Assembly: GCA_020184695.1 (NCBI GenBank)
Contig: JAANOX010000093.1
Span: 1-64,000, forward strand
Reading direction: 5' to 3'
DNA length: 64,000 nucleotides
Origin: Histomonas meleagridis 2922-C6/04-290x
Lineage: Eukaryota; Protista; Parabasalia
In this document: positions 41,601 through 53,599 of the stretch, in pieces
Layout: the number at the start of each line of letters is the position of its first letter
Numbering within the stretch: the stretch's first letter is position 1
Notes under the pieces: model-generated
Seen by the model: the letters and a program-made list of their open reading frames with translations, nothing else
Database searches by the model: none
Told to the model about the DNA's origin: nothing
Made by a program: the position numbers and the translations under genes

Positions 41601-43990
41601 GTACATATTTTAATGATTCTTTAATATTCGATGAGAAAACAGTTTCATTTTTCGGTAAATTAGAATTCGATGGAATGCCAGTGTTAGCAAACATCTTAAA
41701 TTTTCATTTAGATTTATTATTAGAAACTTATATCATTGCTTGTTATACACAACCTCGAAGTATAGCTGATTGTTTTTTCGAGGCTATAATTCAATGTATA
41801 CAAGTGAAGAATAGTAAATTCATTTATCCTTCAAGTGGTTCATTATTATTATTAATTGGAGTTTTTTATATTAGAGAACATCCAAATGCACGTGAATTAC
41901 TAAATAAATATATATTAATAATCGAATCGATAAATAAAAATGTCGATTTTAAAGTGTTAAAAGAATCAATACAAAAGAATCAATTCATTAATATATTACC
42001 AAAATATTTCACATTTGCAATTGAAGCAATTTTTTCATCATTTTTTAAGTTATTAAAAATGAAGAATTTACATGTGCCAATTAAAGAAATTATCGAAGCA
42101 ATTCGTCCTTGGACATTAGTAATTCGATTATTACCTAAACAAAGTATATGTGCACAAGAAGTTACATCGATATTTAGTTATTTTACACCATATCAATTCT
42201 TACGTAATTTAATGGAAACAACAGAAATCGTCGATGATGATCAATTTAGAACTATTGCTTCAATATGGGTATCATTAGTTAAATCTCCTGATCATACTGA
42301 TATTGTTCCATTATTTATATTTAATTGGAATAATATTGAAACAAAACAAAAACTTTTCGGAGTTCTTTTGGATTCGTATCCTGAAAATATAACAGAGAAA
42401 TTATCTATACGTTGTTCTTTTTCTTTTTTTTATCATGTGACTAAATGTTTAAAACAATCGTTTACTTCTGAGTTATGGATATCCCCATTATTAGTACAAG
42501 TGTTTACTAAGAGTTGGGATATATTATTACCTTTAATCCCTTCTGTGATTCATTTTAGTATAATATTTAGAGATAATCAATTAGTTAAACCACTTTTCGA
42601 AGTGTTTTGTAATAAACTTGATATTGATTTACCTGATAATGAAATCTCTTTAACAATATTTAGAGATATTATCGATCAATTAATTATAAAAATAGATTCG
42701 ATTTCATCCGAATATGTAATTTCTTGGGGTAATGAAGCATTAAAATGGATAATAGGTTCTTCCGACTTAAAACTTACAACAATTTCTTTCATTACTTATA
42801 ATCGTATTAGAAAACCTAATGATATAATTGTGATAAATAGTATTGTACGTACTGTTTATTATTTTTTGAATTCAAATGAGAAATATGATTCGAAACTTTT
42901 GTCGGAATTAGTAACTGAATCATTTATATTTTATAATGAAGTCTTTTCTGGTAATGAGAAATTTGTTTTTGATTATGTTTGTACATTTTTGGATTGTCGT
43001 TTATTTGTTGAGAATAGTTTAATTCATGCGTTAAATATCTTTAAGAAATGTTTTTTATTTCCTGGAACACATAAAAAAGCTTATGAGAATTCGACATCTA
43101 TAATTCGACCTTTATTACCTAAACTTGAAACTGATACTGAGATTCAAGCGTTAGTTGATGAAATAATTAAAGGTATTAAATCGGAAGAAATTATGATGAT
43201 AATTGCACCTATTAAAATGAATCGGCCGCAATTATTTACTTCTTGTCCTAACGTTAATGAGCTTTTATCGAATGTTAGTGATAGTGCATTATGTAAATCA
43301 TTATTACATTATTCAATGATGTTAAAATATTGTTCACGACCTGTAATGAATTCTATTTTCGAAATTTCGGCTTTAATAGTTTCGAAAATAATAAATGAAA
43401 ATAATTTAACTTCTCTTTCGAAGATATATCAAAACGCATTACATTCGATATCGAAATGTTCTTCTGCGTTACATTTCATTCGTGTAATCGCAAATAGAGA
43501 ACCGAAAGTTGCGACTTTAGGTGTAATTGATATATATGAATGGGATCGAAGTATTGAAGACGTAATTCGAGGATTACGAATTTTAATTGTTCCCGACGAT
43601 TCACCAATTGTTACTATCACTGATTGTTATTCATATATAACTGTGACTCGATTTTTAAGTTCAGATTCTTCACCAAAAATTTTGCCGTTCGCTACACAAA
43701 GTGAAATTATCACCGGAATGATGCGAGTGAATAAGGCGCATAGATCTCATAAACAATTGGCTATCAGAAGATCACCGCAAAATTATAGACTAAAATCAAC
43801 GAGTTTAATCGCAAAGGAAAAATTCGATGATAACTTAATAGGTGTAGAAGATAAATTGACGCCGCTGTTACACCCGAAAAAATTGATATTTCAGCCGGAA
43901 AAATTGACGTTCCATCATAAGAACTCAAGAAAATTGACTTTCGAAATGGATGTCATACATAAAAACAAAAGAACTTCAATTAATTTGTGA
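38651..43990 (+). CDS. Large ARM/HEAT-type scaffold, probably Furry/Tao3 (MOR2-PAG1)-like
   Basis: ~1780 aa helical ORF; WGNEALKW...ISFITYNRI resembles the conserved W-x3-AL-x-W segment of the Furry/Tao3 C-terminal domain. Family call is by eye. Confidence 0.55.
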   Translation: MNNHTIIFEAVFSRLIESFASNVYSVLSDFEQKNPLIPSAAKSDLILEDIFRQFPREIPLYIEIIDQLTLLSKCNTEVILHYLCKMTKRILKGARDTPLGVLQGMSTSFDPNNRHHILLFHYFSLFFLTDLICHICVNSPPHDQKVCIEISRVGYNIAISQPLLPNVWKTLINQWSVIYSILSENAFGSISTIFSMFNPSLSFSLPLRLMRFARFDSDDSMGQFFFTEVFTILQKHGKKRTITNSILESLSYLVVTLPFSENILQKLALISYGLRHDKSLYLNAFLLFTAVAIRYQKIWSRCIKSFQRKILPKAAKRSKLKTVLQIFKILMYGRDVDPNWMFWVWGRNSRASPLSYIKYNSSVQFNQGENFNFFSSFITYFYQKSDFSVCPKSFMEVLVHFASLDFDSFMKLIVPKFINLPSNDSRFLSFMMSVSLINSNDFKQNAFKLYSEQQIKQFNNLIKQRVISILTLCEGRNEKKGVCITNSEVFLASLIEEADQKLTQLFSDWGIEQFGKLLIKLNRCEQNTNRIPLLENILPSVRFVFSEEDFMNPSIMRILIELSFHQNIKIATAAYHISKNVLSNLPNVSQYLTILCSFLKSDIDPEAIFIVLTLISDTFQHIKEEIKDELMYDIEYVTFMQLSSIYPNTRHLSFLILQQLHEILQSNCIYHIIFSKMNQIKKIVKTKVLLHKIPNLPDVNPLPSNYINFETSLISHYYDIWIFFLSEIMNCLILSNYYQLLSRIDKYKTSFFDLILNESKNRNPSDIGLLLIILSSQYYISKRHRLSFENKKTSLNIETKNTSRSLVINVLTQILQNENDRICQMGFNVLPHLNVLLYSLVIELISKVSIDRLSDATFVLTLILRSPDLDKHFFKRNIRKIIQFMSIMQYYFIKKKLNGSRNIQWTPESETKLSWESSLLRNYCLIVSVSFSWFTDPISDDIWPLSLREMVFRFLLNWSMTKTVSLTSLRAYASNALVTITKLGTYFNDSLIFDEKTVSFFGKLEFDGMPVLANILNFHLDLLLETYIIACYTQPRSIADCFFEAIIQCIQVKNSKFIYPSSGSLLLLIGVFYIREHPNARELLNKYILIIESINKNVDFKVLKESIQKNQFINILPKYFTFAIEAIFSSFFKLLKMKNLHVPIKEIIEAIRPWTLVIRLLPKQSICAQEVTSIFSYFTPYQFLRNLMETTEIVDDDQFRTIASIWVSLVKSPDHTDIVPLFIFNWNNIETKQKLFGVLLDSYPENITEKLSIRCSFSFFYHVTKCLKQSFTSELWISPLLVQVFTKSWDILLPLIPSVIHFSIIFRDNQLVKPLFEVFCNKLDIDLPDNEISLTIFRDIIDQLIIKIDSISSEYVISWGNEALKWIIGSSDLKLTTISFITYNRIRKPNDIIVINSIVRTVYYFLNSNEKYDSKLLSELVTESFIFYNEVFSGNEKFVFDYVCTFLDCRLFVENSLIHALNIFKKCFLFPGTHKKAYENSTSIIRPLLPKLETDTEIQALVDEIIKGIKSEEIMMIIAPIKMNRPQLFTSCPNVNELLSNVSDSALCKSLLHYSMMLKYCSRPVMNSIFEISALIVSKIINENNLTSLSKIYQNALHSISKCSSALHFIRVIANREPKVATLGVIDIYEWDRSIEDVIRGLRILIVPDDSPIVTITDCYSYITVTRFLSSDSSPKILPFATQSEIITGMMRVNKAHRSHKQLAIRRSPQNYRLKSTSLIAKEKFDDNLIGVEDKLTPLLHPKKLIFQPEKLTFHHKNSRKLTFEMDVIHKNKRTSINL

Positions 43991-44595
43991 ATAAAAATTT
44001 CAGACGTGTTAATGTTTTGTTAAAAATAGAAATTTTTGGAAATTAATAAGTCATTAAATAAATATTGAAAGAAACTTTTATATGAATTTCAGATTTACAT
44101 GATGTTTAAAAAAATAACTGATAAAAACAAAAATAATTTGATTGCACATTATATTGATAAAAAAATATAGAAGTTATTAATTGGTTCAGAGATATTTTTG
44201 AAAAGCAAACTTACTTGATAAAATAATAATATCTCTCGAAACAATAAATTTTATTAAATAATTTCATATCGAATTTTGTTGGTGTTACTCCGAAACTGAA
44301 GTAGTGAGGTATTTTAAACAATCATTTCAATTTATGATAAAAATGATTAACAAACTAATACTCAGTACATGAGTTTATAATAAGATTCTAAAGTTTCAAA
44401 AAATTTATTCGAAAAAATATCGCAAAAAAGTGACATCGGCCTGTGCAAAAGTTTTTTATCGTGTATTCAGAATTGAACGCAGAAAACACGTTTATTTACT
44501 TCAATTTATGCCACTGTTGTAAAATTTTCAGCCGCGGGGAAGATGTTTTATCGTCTTTAAGTCATTCAAAAAGTGGGAAATTTAAATGTATTTTA

Positions 44596-45405
44596 TCAAA
44601 AACGGTTTTTGAATGTGGGGCTGATAGGCCTTTGTGGCTGCATCACAAAAGAGTTGTTAACTGGTGTTGTTCCATCATGCCAAACCATCCAAATTCGTGT
44701 GCCATATATCTTAAACAAAGATCTAACTAAATTTCGAAAATCAACATATGAATCAGCTGTATAATAAAAAATTAATTTTTTCCCATCAAATTGGAAAACA
44801 GCTCCAGTGATCTTCATAGGAAGGCCCATTTCACGTGCTTTTAGTTGACATAATTCCATTGCTTTTGCTTCTCGTTCTGCTTTTTGTGGTAATTGTGAGA
44901 TTTCGCTTTGAACTGCTTTTCGAACAATAGATTTTGCACTCTTTAAGTCACGTGCTGGAGGCTTTTGAACTTCGCTTACAATTTTACCTACATCATAACC
45001 TCTGTCTGCTTCAGTAAGAACATAATCTCCACTTTGGAGTGATAAAGTTGCTGGTGCTTTAAAAACAACAGTACGAAATGGGTGGAATTGAACCTGATAA
45101 TGTTTCACATTCAAGGGGCCACCTTCTGGTTCGATTTCGCCAGTAAATGCCATATCTTCATATGATTCTTGTGGCATGTCCATAAATTGCATTTGCGGTG
45201 CAGATTCCGGAAATGGCAATGTTCTATTACTACGATAATTTTGCCCAATTGAAGAAGGAAATTGGAGCTGTGTTCTCTGATTTGAATCATTTGATATATC
45301 AGTATCCCAAATGTCTCTAAGGGAAGATGGGAGTAGTGAAAATTGAGGCTGTTCATTGGGCGTTTCATCTGGCTCCTCGCTATAGAAGCCCCAATCCTTG
45401 CTCAT
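44596..45405 (-). CDS. PSP1 C-terminal domain protein
   Basis: GDYVLTEADRGYDVG, LPMKITGAVFQFDGKKLIFYY, VDFRNLVRSL...RIWM; ATG at 45405. Confidence 0.92.
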   Translation of the reverse strand: MSKDWGFYSEEPDETPNEQPQFSLLPSSLRDIWDTDISNDSNQRTQLQFPSSIGQNYRSNRTLPFPESAPQMQFMDMPQESYEDMAFTGEIEPEGGPLNVKHYQVQFHPFRTVVFKAPATLSLQSGDYVLTEADRGYDVGKIVSEVQKPPARDLKSAKSIVRKAVQSEISQLPQKAEREAKAMELCQLKAREMGLPMKITGAVFQFDGKKLIFYYTADSYVDFRNLVRSLFKIYGTRIWMVWHDGTTPVNNSFVMQPQRPISPTFKNRF

Positions 45406-46197
45406 TGATATGAAAAGTGACCGCCTGAATTTCAATTCAAATTTACATCGTTTTCAGCCAATTTTGTCAGCAAATTGCTTCGATTTCAATAGAGTAAACT
45501 ATACAAAATATGATTTGAATGCCTGCCACGACAGAACGTTCTGTAAATCGTTTGCACAGTTTATAAAAAGTTTCAGTTTCTGAACTATCAATTTTGGAGC
45601 AGGTGAAGAACTTTTTCAAATTATATTATCAATGGTTACATATTCGGAATCTTATTTTTACATTATTAAAAATAAAATGAATTATAAATAAATTTTTTTT
45701 ATGATAAATATTATCATGATATAAAAAAGGCTTTTCAAATATCAGAGATTGATCATCTCGTGAATTTTATCTATCATTTCTGTATCTGTATATCATAGGC
45801 CAATGGGTGCATACATTAAGAAGTATGTAAGAGACTTATCCTTATAAATATGTTGTGAAAAATTGTCTCCGATGAACTGCTTGAAAGAATTATATGATGA
45901 TCTTTGTACCAGATAATTATATCCAAAAACACATAAGATTTCAACTTTTACAATTGGAATAGATAGGAAATTGTTGAAAATGAAAATCTCTTCAAACAAC
46001 AGATTCTTCAAAAAAGCATTTAAATGATATTATTTCACATTAATAAATATTTTTTGATAAACAAATACCAAAACGATTAAATATTTCACAATATTCCACT
46101 TTTTGATCGTTGTTTAATCGTATTAACTAATTACATATTTTTTTAAACGCGATTTACTCAATCAAAAAATATTGTCACTGAACCATTACATCATTTT

Positions 46198-47628
46198 CTA
46201 CATGTCATCATCATCCCGCTGTAGCAAACATGTAATCACTTCGTTATCATTTACATATTTTGTCACATATTCAACGCTTCGGTTATGAACGAATTCCCAA
46301 CTTCCACTTATGCAATCCAAACACGTGTAAAAATTCCAATTCTTTTCTTTGTTTCGCATCAACAAACCAAAAATGATTAAACGCATCACGTCACTTTGTA
46401 ATTCGTAACAGCACAACTCTAAGCCGTCTTTTCCATCCGACAAACAAATTTGTCCTTCAACACTGCGAAAACCCATCATACATCGATGATAATCACTAAA
46501 TGAGGGCCTTAAAAAAACGGAAACAACATTTGTTTTGTTTGGGATTTCATTTAATATAATCGAAAGCGTTGTCACATTAGAATGCCACGATGAAACTTTT
46601 GAAGATTTAATTACGTTATCTATTTTCCCAAACATTGGAACTAATTTTCCTTGTTTTTCTTCATAAAGAATATAACGTAATTCTATATTTGAAAATGTAC
46701 ATGCTGTTCGAATGTTTAATATTTCGATGATATCGACATAGAGAATATAATGTCAGCGGAGAATTCTTGTCGATGTAATATCGAAAATTGATGTGAAATG
46801 ATTGTTGCAACTGCTTCTTTAATTGATGTAAATGAATTTGAGTTATTAATATTAATTGTTTCAAATGATCGTTTTTTGTTTCTGACATGTAAATATGTGG
46901 GAAATATTACAAAGTGGTCTGGTGTAATTTCGACTGTGCATGATGATATGATTTTACCAACTTGTTTGAGTTCGGATTCATAAACCCCATCATAAGGACC
47001 ACCTAAAAAGTTAAGAGTAACATCTCCGATGTAACCTACTGGAGGAAGATGCAAAGAAAAATATCATGAAATCTTGTGAAATGAGTGAAAAGTTTCCCGG
47101 TTTAAATTTGAAGAGATTAGTAGGACCTGATGGACCTAGAAATATGTTTTTATTTGTGTCCGGTGCGCGACAAAAAACATTGTATTTTAGTGGATAGCAT
47201 GTTATAGACTTAGGTGAATTTAAATCAAGTATATAAGAAAATATGGTAACTGGTTGAACAATGGAAGCTGGGAAATACGTAAGATAAGAAAAAAATATAA
47301 TGGTAACTTTTGTATTTTGGATCAATGGGAAAATTTGTTGGTGGAAGACAATACTTTATTGTCATTTGAAATGGATGATTACAATAAGTAAATTCATAAG
47401 TTAGAATTTTATTACAATTTTCTGGAGTTAATTCAAGTTTAACCTTGACAATACAGAATAATCATTACAAAGAAATAATTCCAAGTTGTTAGAACAAACA
47501 AATGGTATAGATAAATTTTGAAAACCAATCGTTTCTCCCCATGTAAAAGATTTTATATCCCAATGTATCCGTGGTAACGCCCGCAAACCTTCAGAATCTG
47601 AGCAACAAGAAAGGTAAACTTCCAACAT
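46198..47628 (-). pseudogene. Fragmented hypothetical protein gene
   Basis: Chain of same-strand ORFs in shifting frames with coding-like composition; no family recognised. Confidence 0.4.
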
Positions 47629-48739
47629 TCCTTCTTTTAATTAAACGATAGCTATTTGTTTGGCTTGCTTCACAAAAGTAAATATTCAAAATTGAGAAGT
47701 TTACGAATGCTCTTGTAAAAAAATATCTTGCTTAACATAATTAAAGTAAATTTACTTGTAAATTTCTGCATTTTTGAATTGTTTATTTTTCATAATTTAT
47801 TTCCTTAAAGAGTGCATTATCATAATGAATACTCAATAAAAAAAAATCAAATTATATACAAATTATTAAACTATAATTATAAATCCTATGTTCATCGAAA
47901 AATATCAAAAAACCGAATTTATCAAAAAAATGAATAATTATTTGATTTTTAATTTTTTAAAAAAATCAATGCTCAAAATAATCTCTATATCATGGTAGAT
48001 ATGTTTTATGAATTTAAAATGTTTTTGCTAAAATATATGAAGAGAAAAAGTATATTTAATTTGGTGCTCATCTGTACCCATATAGGGTTTCATCTTTTAA
48101 GACATCATGTGAAAAAGGTTTAAATTTTAGAGTGACTGGCCCAAGTAATTGATATGCTTAAAAAACAACACTAAAAATTGAAACTAATCCCAAAAAATGG
48201 AAAGCACGATACGACTCAATATCTGTAAAAATTTTTACAGTTGAATATAATCGTACTTCACAATTTTTTTTCTCCGGAGTAAACTAGTCATTTGCTTTCC
48301 ATTTTCGGGAAAATCGGTTTTTATAGTTTAAAATGGGAGAATTCAATCTTCATAAAAATAAAATGAGCAAAAATTGTCTGTGTAGGTGTTTTTTTTTTTG
48401 GTCTTTTGTCTTATTTTTATTGATACCAACCCATTTCAATAATTAATTAGTACATCATCATTGCATTGGGGATTGTGTGAGCGTCATTGGCTGATCCTGA
48501 GTAACGTGTATGCTTTTCAAAGCTAGTTGTTAGCTGCGCATGATCGTGGGAAAAGATTTGCTGTTTGTCTTTATTCTATCGTTCTCAATCGTGAGGGGTT
48601 TTTCATGCCAACCACATAAACGGTTTTTTATCAGAAAAATTGTTTCGAAATATGTAAATTACACAATTTCATATCGTTGTTTCAAAAATTTGTTTAAACA
48701 AAGATTTGAGGCAAAAAGTGTGTCAGTCCAATATTTTTT

Positions 48740-49210
48740 ATGGCGGATACATTATCCAACCTTAACACATCTGGAGAAATAAATTATTATCAAAATGTTA
48801 ATGATGTTTTCAGGGACAGTGTGATTGCATCTATTGATGAAAAAGATTTTATTTCTTATTCTGAACCTGACATCCAGGAACCTACAAGCAATTCTAATAT
48901 ATGTTCTGCAGAACAAACAAAAAGGACAGATCAAATTAGAAAAGAAATTAATGATTCTAATTTTAGTTGGAAAGAAACCAAATTATATCAGTTCCTTTCC
49001 GATTATAATATTAAGATTACACGTAAAAAATACCTTTTGTTAAAGGACACATTGAATAAAATCAATACGCCCATGTATCAAAAATACACATTTCGTGAGG
49101 GTACTAGAGATCAATTAATTCGCAATTATTTATTGAGTGATGCATGTGAAAAAGATCCACAAGAGTTAATTAATGCTATTTTGAATCTAAAAAAGAAAAA
49201 TTTATTATAA
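48740..49210 (+). CDS. Hypothetical protein (156 aa)
   Basis: ATG-initiated ORF with coding-like composition; no motif recognised. Confidence 0.55.
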   Translation: MADTLSNLNTSGEINYYQNVNDVFRDSVIASIDEKDFISYSEPDIQEPTSNSNICSAEQTKRTDQIRKEINDSNFSWKETKLYQFLSDYNIKITRKKYLLLKDTLNKINTPMYQKYTFREGTRDQLIRNYLLSDACEKDPQELINAILNLKKKNLL

Positions 49211-50990
49211 ATTTATAAAATTCATAGTCAGGAATCAACCCTTTATCATTACAAATATAACCTTTACTTAAGAACACAGTAGCTTATTCGTAGTGTTGAT
49301 GAATAATGCTCAGCTCCGAGAAAAATTGGATTTGTCTAAAAAATAATTACCGATCAAAATTTCAATAGTTTAAATCGGTTAACATTGAAAAAGTACTATC
49401 GTTGATTTAAAAAAAATTTTAGCTCAAACCTGAAGAACTATTTTTGTACAGTATATTTATACTATAAAGAACCTGCAATTTGAATTACAGAAAATTATTA
49501 AATATTTAGTTTGTTTCATTTTTTGATGAATTTTTTTTCTAGAAATGACATATTTTAATAAAATAGTTCGATTAACTGAATGTAACATATATGAGATTTT
49601 ATTAGGCGTATGTAAAATTTTGGGATAGAAACTTTTGCTTTTGAATTTAATTAGAAGCAAAATCCCAAAAATTAAATAAATTATAATACAGGTAATAAAT
49701 TAAACCGTTATGTTTATGCATGAAACGGTCCAGACAATGGTCTAATTGCAAGTACAACACTTTAGCACTCTCTAAGGCCATTTGAGTTCGTCAAAAAAAA
49801 TTGGATCAATAAACATCAACACCATCAAAAATTTCTATTTTCAATTTTAAGCACTATGTATAATGAGATATATTCGAAATAAAAAATTTCCGCACAATAA
49901 ACTTCAGAAAATTGAGAAGCCCTTAACGTACAGGGGTTTTACAATCGGACGCGACCCTCAAGGGTCATTATTAAAAATGATAATATTATCTTTGTCTTAT
50001 GCCAATATATTCTAATAAGACATAAAACTCAATTTTACTGATCTGAATATATTTATATAATTAGATTTAAAAAGAATTTATCGAAGAATTTATCCGAATT
50101 AATGAAAAAGAGTATGTTTTCATTAATATTATTTAATTTTTAACAAAAATATCTAGGCATTTTAAAGTAACTGTAAATTAGATTGTAATCATGCAGCTCA
50201 ATTCATAATAATTTTAACATTGCATAAAAAAATCAAAAAATTAGAAAAAATCACATCTTAATTTGGCACTTCACCTTGTTTTGAAACAAAAATTTCTTAT
50301 TCTTAACAATTTAAATAATGCTGATATATATGAAAAAAAATATCATTTATATTAATACATTAAAAATAAAATCACATCGCCATTCAATATATAAAGATTC
50401 ATTTGAATTAACATTGAAATGTTTGATTTTTTCACATATTTTCACTTTTTCTCCAAATATTGAAAAACAATCAAGATAAAATTTTTGATGTTTACATTGG
50501 AGACCTTGAAGGGTTTTATTATTCAAAGGATTTTTGATAATCCTTAGAAAAAAGAGAAAAATTGATCAGATCGAGATCCCAAAATGATGCAGTCGAAATT
50601 GCCTAAAAATTTATATTTAAACTCAATACCCGAAGTTACCCATACATTTTGATTTTCAACGAAAAACTATTGAGGAAATTAGAGTTGAAGTGCCTCTGTA
50701 AATCATTAAAGCTGAAACTTTTTCTAATATAAAAAATGAGATCAAATGTAACCAATACAGGAACTTTCAAATTCTTGAAAGGATTGGAAAGAATTCCACA
50801 AGTTAAAGTCAATGTTGGTGTGTGGTCTGAATAATCATTTTAAAAAAACTGACTTTGGACATTTCCTGATGGTCCAAACCCTTCTCACATCAAATACAAA
50901 CCTACAAAGTTTTCTATTTTTTCTAGAGAATGCGAATATAATGACAAAATTTATGAATTTCTTATTGAAGATTTAGTATTTTCAGAACAT

Positions 50991-51353
50991 ATGTGCACAT
51001 GGGGTCATGCCATGATACTTTATATCTCGCGTGTATGTCGTGAAAGTTATACTTATGCAATTTCAGATATATTACCACAAATGATGGAACATGGTCCCAC
51101 AATACCACGTGTTTTAGTGGTGGATGACTGTAAAAAAACCAAAGAAAGTTGGGTAGTTTATGAAGAAGAAATTCAAAAAATCTTTAAAGACGGGAAATTC
51201 AAATATTTGGTTAATTGTGATGTTGATGAGTTGTTTGGCTGTGAAGAAGTTATATTATATTGTGTGAAACGTATGAAAGATATGAAAAAAAACAAACAAA
51301 TAAGCATCACATGTTTCAACATGAAATTTGTAAAATATCTTAATAAAATATAA
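50991..51353 (+). pseudogene. 3' part of a decayed hypothetical gene (relic extends upstream to ~50480)
   Basis: Coding-like ORF preceded by frameshifted, stop-ridden coding-like sequence. Confidence 0.35.
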
Positions 51354-51544
51354 TCTACTTTAAAGTATTACAAAAATCAACTTCAAATGCTTCGAGTCAT
51401 CATCATATACCCAAATCAAAAAGAATGATTCCAAAGAATAAATTGCAAAATCACATGAAGTATAAGAGAATCTTATGACAGCATCTTTAAAGAATGAAAA
51501 ATATGATATTATGGTGAGATAATTTTTATGAAATTGAAATGAGA

Positions 51545-52159
51545 TTATGAACCACCACAACAACCCTTAGATTTATTTGGTTCCGAGTTCGTAATATCCA
51601 CATTAGTGGTTTCTTCTGCTGTTTTTGATTGATTATGAGTTTCCTTTGATTGAACAAATTCATGTGCTACCATTTGAATAAGTTCATTAACACCACTTCC
51701 AGTCTTTGCACTAATTTCATAGAACGATGCATGAATCTCTTCTGCTTTGGCTATTCCTTCATCTATTGGGACTCCATCTCCTTCGCGTGGCAGATCAATT
51801 TTGTTACCAATCAAAAATAATAGAACATTGGTTCCACTATTCTCAGTTAGGCTAGTAACCCAGTAATCAATGATTTCAAAAGTCTTCCTATCAGCTACTG
51901 AATACACGATAAAGCCTATTTGTGCATCACGACAATAAATTGGTGAGAGGCACCTATACCTTTCTTGTCCAGCTGTATCCCAGATTTGTAGCTTTACTTC
52001 TTTGTCATCAACTTCAATTGTTCGGTATGAATAACTTGCTCCAACTGTTGTTGAAATTTGATCATCATATGTGTCAGTTATAATCCGATTCAAGAGTGAT
52101 GTCTTACCGACTGAGGTGTCCCCAAGAAGTACAACTTTTGCGCTAAAACTTTTTTTCAT
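51545..52159 (-). CDS. Rab GTPase (Rab5/21-like or lineage-specific)
   Basis: GDTSVGKTS, TTVGAS, WDTAGQE, GNKID, EISAK, C-terminal GCCGGS. Confidence 0.95.
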   Translation of the reverse strand: MKKSFSAKVVLLGDTSVGKTSLLNRIITDTYDDQISTTVGASYSYRTIEVDDKEVKLQIWDTAGQERYRCLSPIYCRDAQIGFIVYSVADRKTFEIIDYWVTSLTENSGTNVLLFLIGNKIDLPREGDGVPIDEGIAKAEEIHASFYEISAKTGSGVNELIQMVAHEFVQSKETHNQSKTAEETTNVDITNSEPNKSKGCCGGS

Positions 52160-53599
52160 CTCTTCTGCAACGATTGGACGGTTATTTAAAATAACATTTT
52201 TCTCTGGTTTATTAAAATAAATTTTTGAATTTGAAATTTGACAATAACTTAATTTTTGCCAAAATTCAAATCATTGTGGAAACAATCAAGAAATGTGAGA
52301 TGTATCCTTCATTATTATTAATTATAATCTTCAAATATTTTATTTCTATGTGAAGGAGAAGTTCATCAAATTTTTACCTGGTTTTATTATCAATAATTTA
52401 ATCATTTTCAAAATTGTATCATTGACTTATATAAAAAATGTTAAATTTTTGATTTGACATAATCATATTTATATCTATTTTAATTTTTCCTCATTGCACG
52501 ACCACAATTCATTTTGAACAATTTTATTTGTAATTAATTATTTTAGCTTTCGAAAAGCGAAACATAGCAAATATTAATTTTGTCTCTTTTTCATCTGCAT
52601 TTAGTGTTTATTTAAATCTAGAATTTGTTTTTCATAAGTAAGATGCATAGATTTTGACGATTGAAATTCGACTTTTTAAGAGGATATTTCAAAGCTGGAT
52701 AGCGGTTAGTATGTATCGTGTTATTCAAAAAGATCTATCGTAAAATTTATAAAAATTAAAATATATACAATATGAATTTATACTACAAAGTCATGACGGA
52801 TCAATTACACAACCGCAGACCAAACCTCCAAATCCTCTCAATCGATTTTTAAAAAGTAAATTTCGAACGATATAAAACGATCCCACTTTTTAAAAGAAAT
52901 TATTATTCTATCAATTTGATTTTCAATAAAAATATAAATGACACCTATTTTGAATGAAAATAGAAAATGAAATACAATTTGGCAAAATACAGTCCGATTA
53001 AAAGACATTAAAAAAGTGGTGAGTGTCACAATAACTTATTGAATACTTTATGAATGTGTAAACTATTCATTGATCAAAGTTGAAATTTGAGTAAAACTAT
53101 ATTACGTCATATATATACCTAAAGTTTATTAGAATGATTTAGATATGATTATGACCGAAATTTATATGATAGCATTAAATTCGAATCTTATATATAAATA
53201 TTCATTATTTCTGATATTTTTTTTCTGTTGTAATGAAATATGATATAAAAATATTCTTCGATCCATCAAATTTGTATTTATATAATTCTAATAGTTCAAA
53301 TATCATGAAATAATTATATTGTATTTAAACAAAGCGGATTTATAACAAGTCTATTTCGATAATTGGATATCATCCTTTTATCATTTCGATGAATTTGGAT
53401 TTAAATAATATATCATTCGAATTATATCTGTATTTATATTTTTTGATGCTATCATATGCACTGTTTTACATGTTTATAAGTAATTCCAAATGTTTATATG
53501 AAATATCTATATTTCCGAATATAATTTGAAAATACCAAATGATTAAAATGAATACAAAAGAAAATAAATATCTATAGTATTAATATCATATTATTTTTG

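Noticed and set aside
49953-50030. Small hairpins GACCCT-CA-AGGGTC and TGTCTTAT...ATAAGACA
   Set aside because: Short inverted repeats; no second copy, TSD or associated ORF visible in the window.
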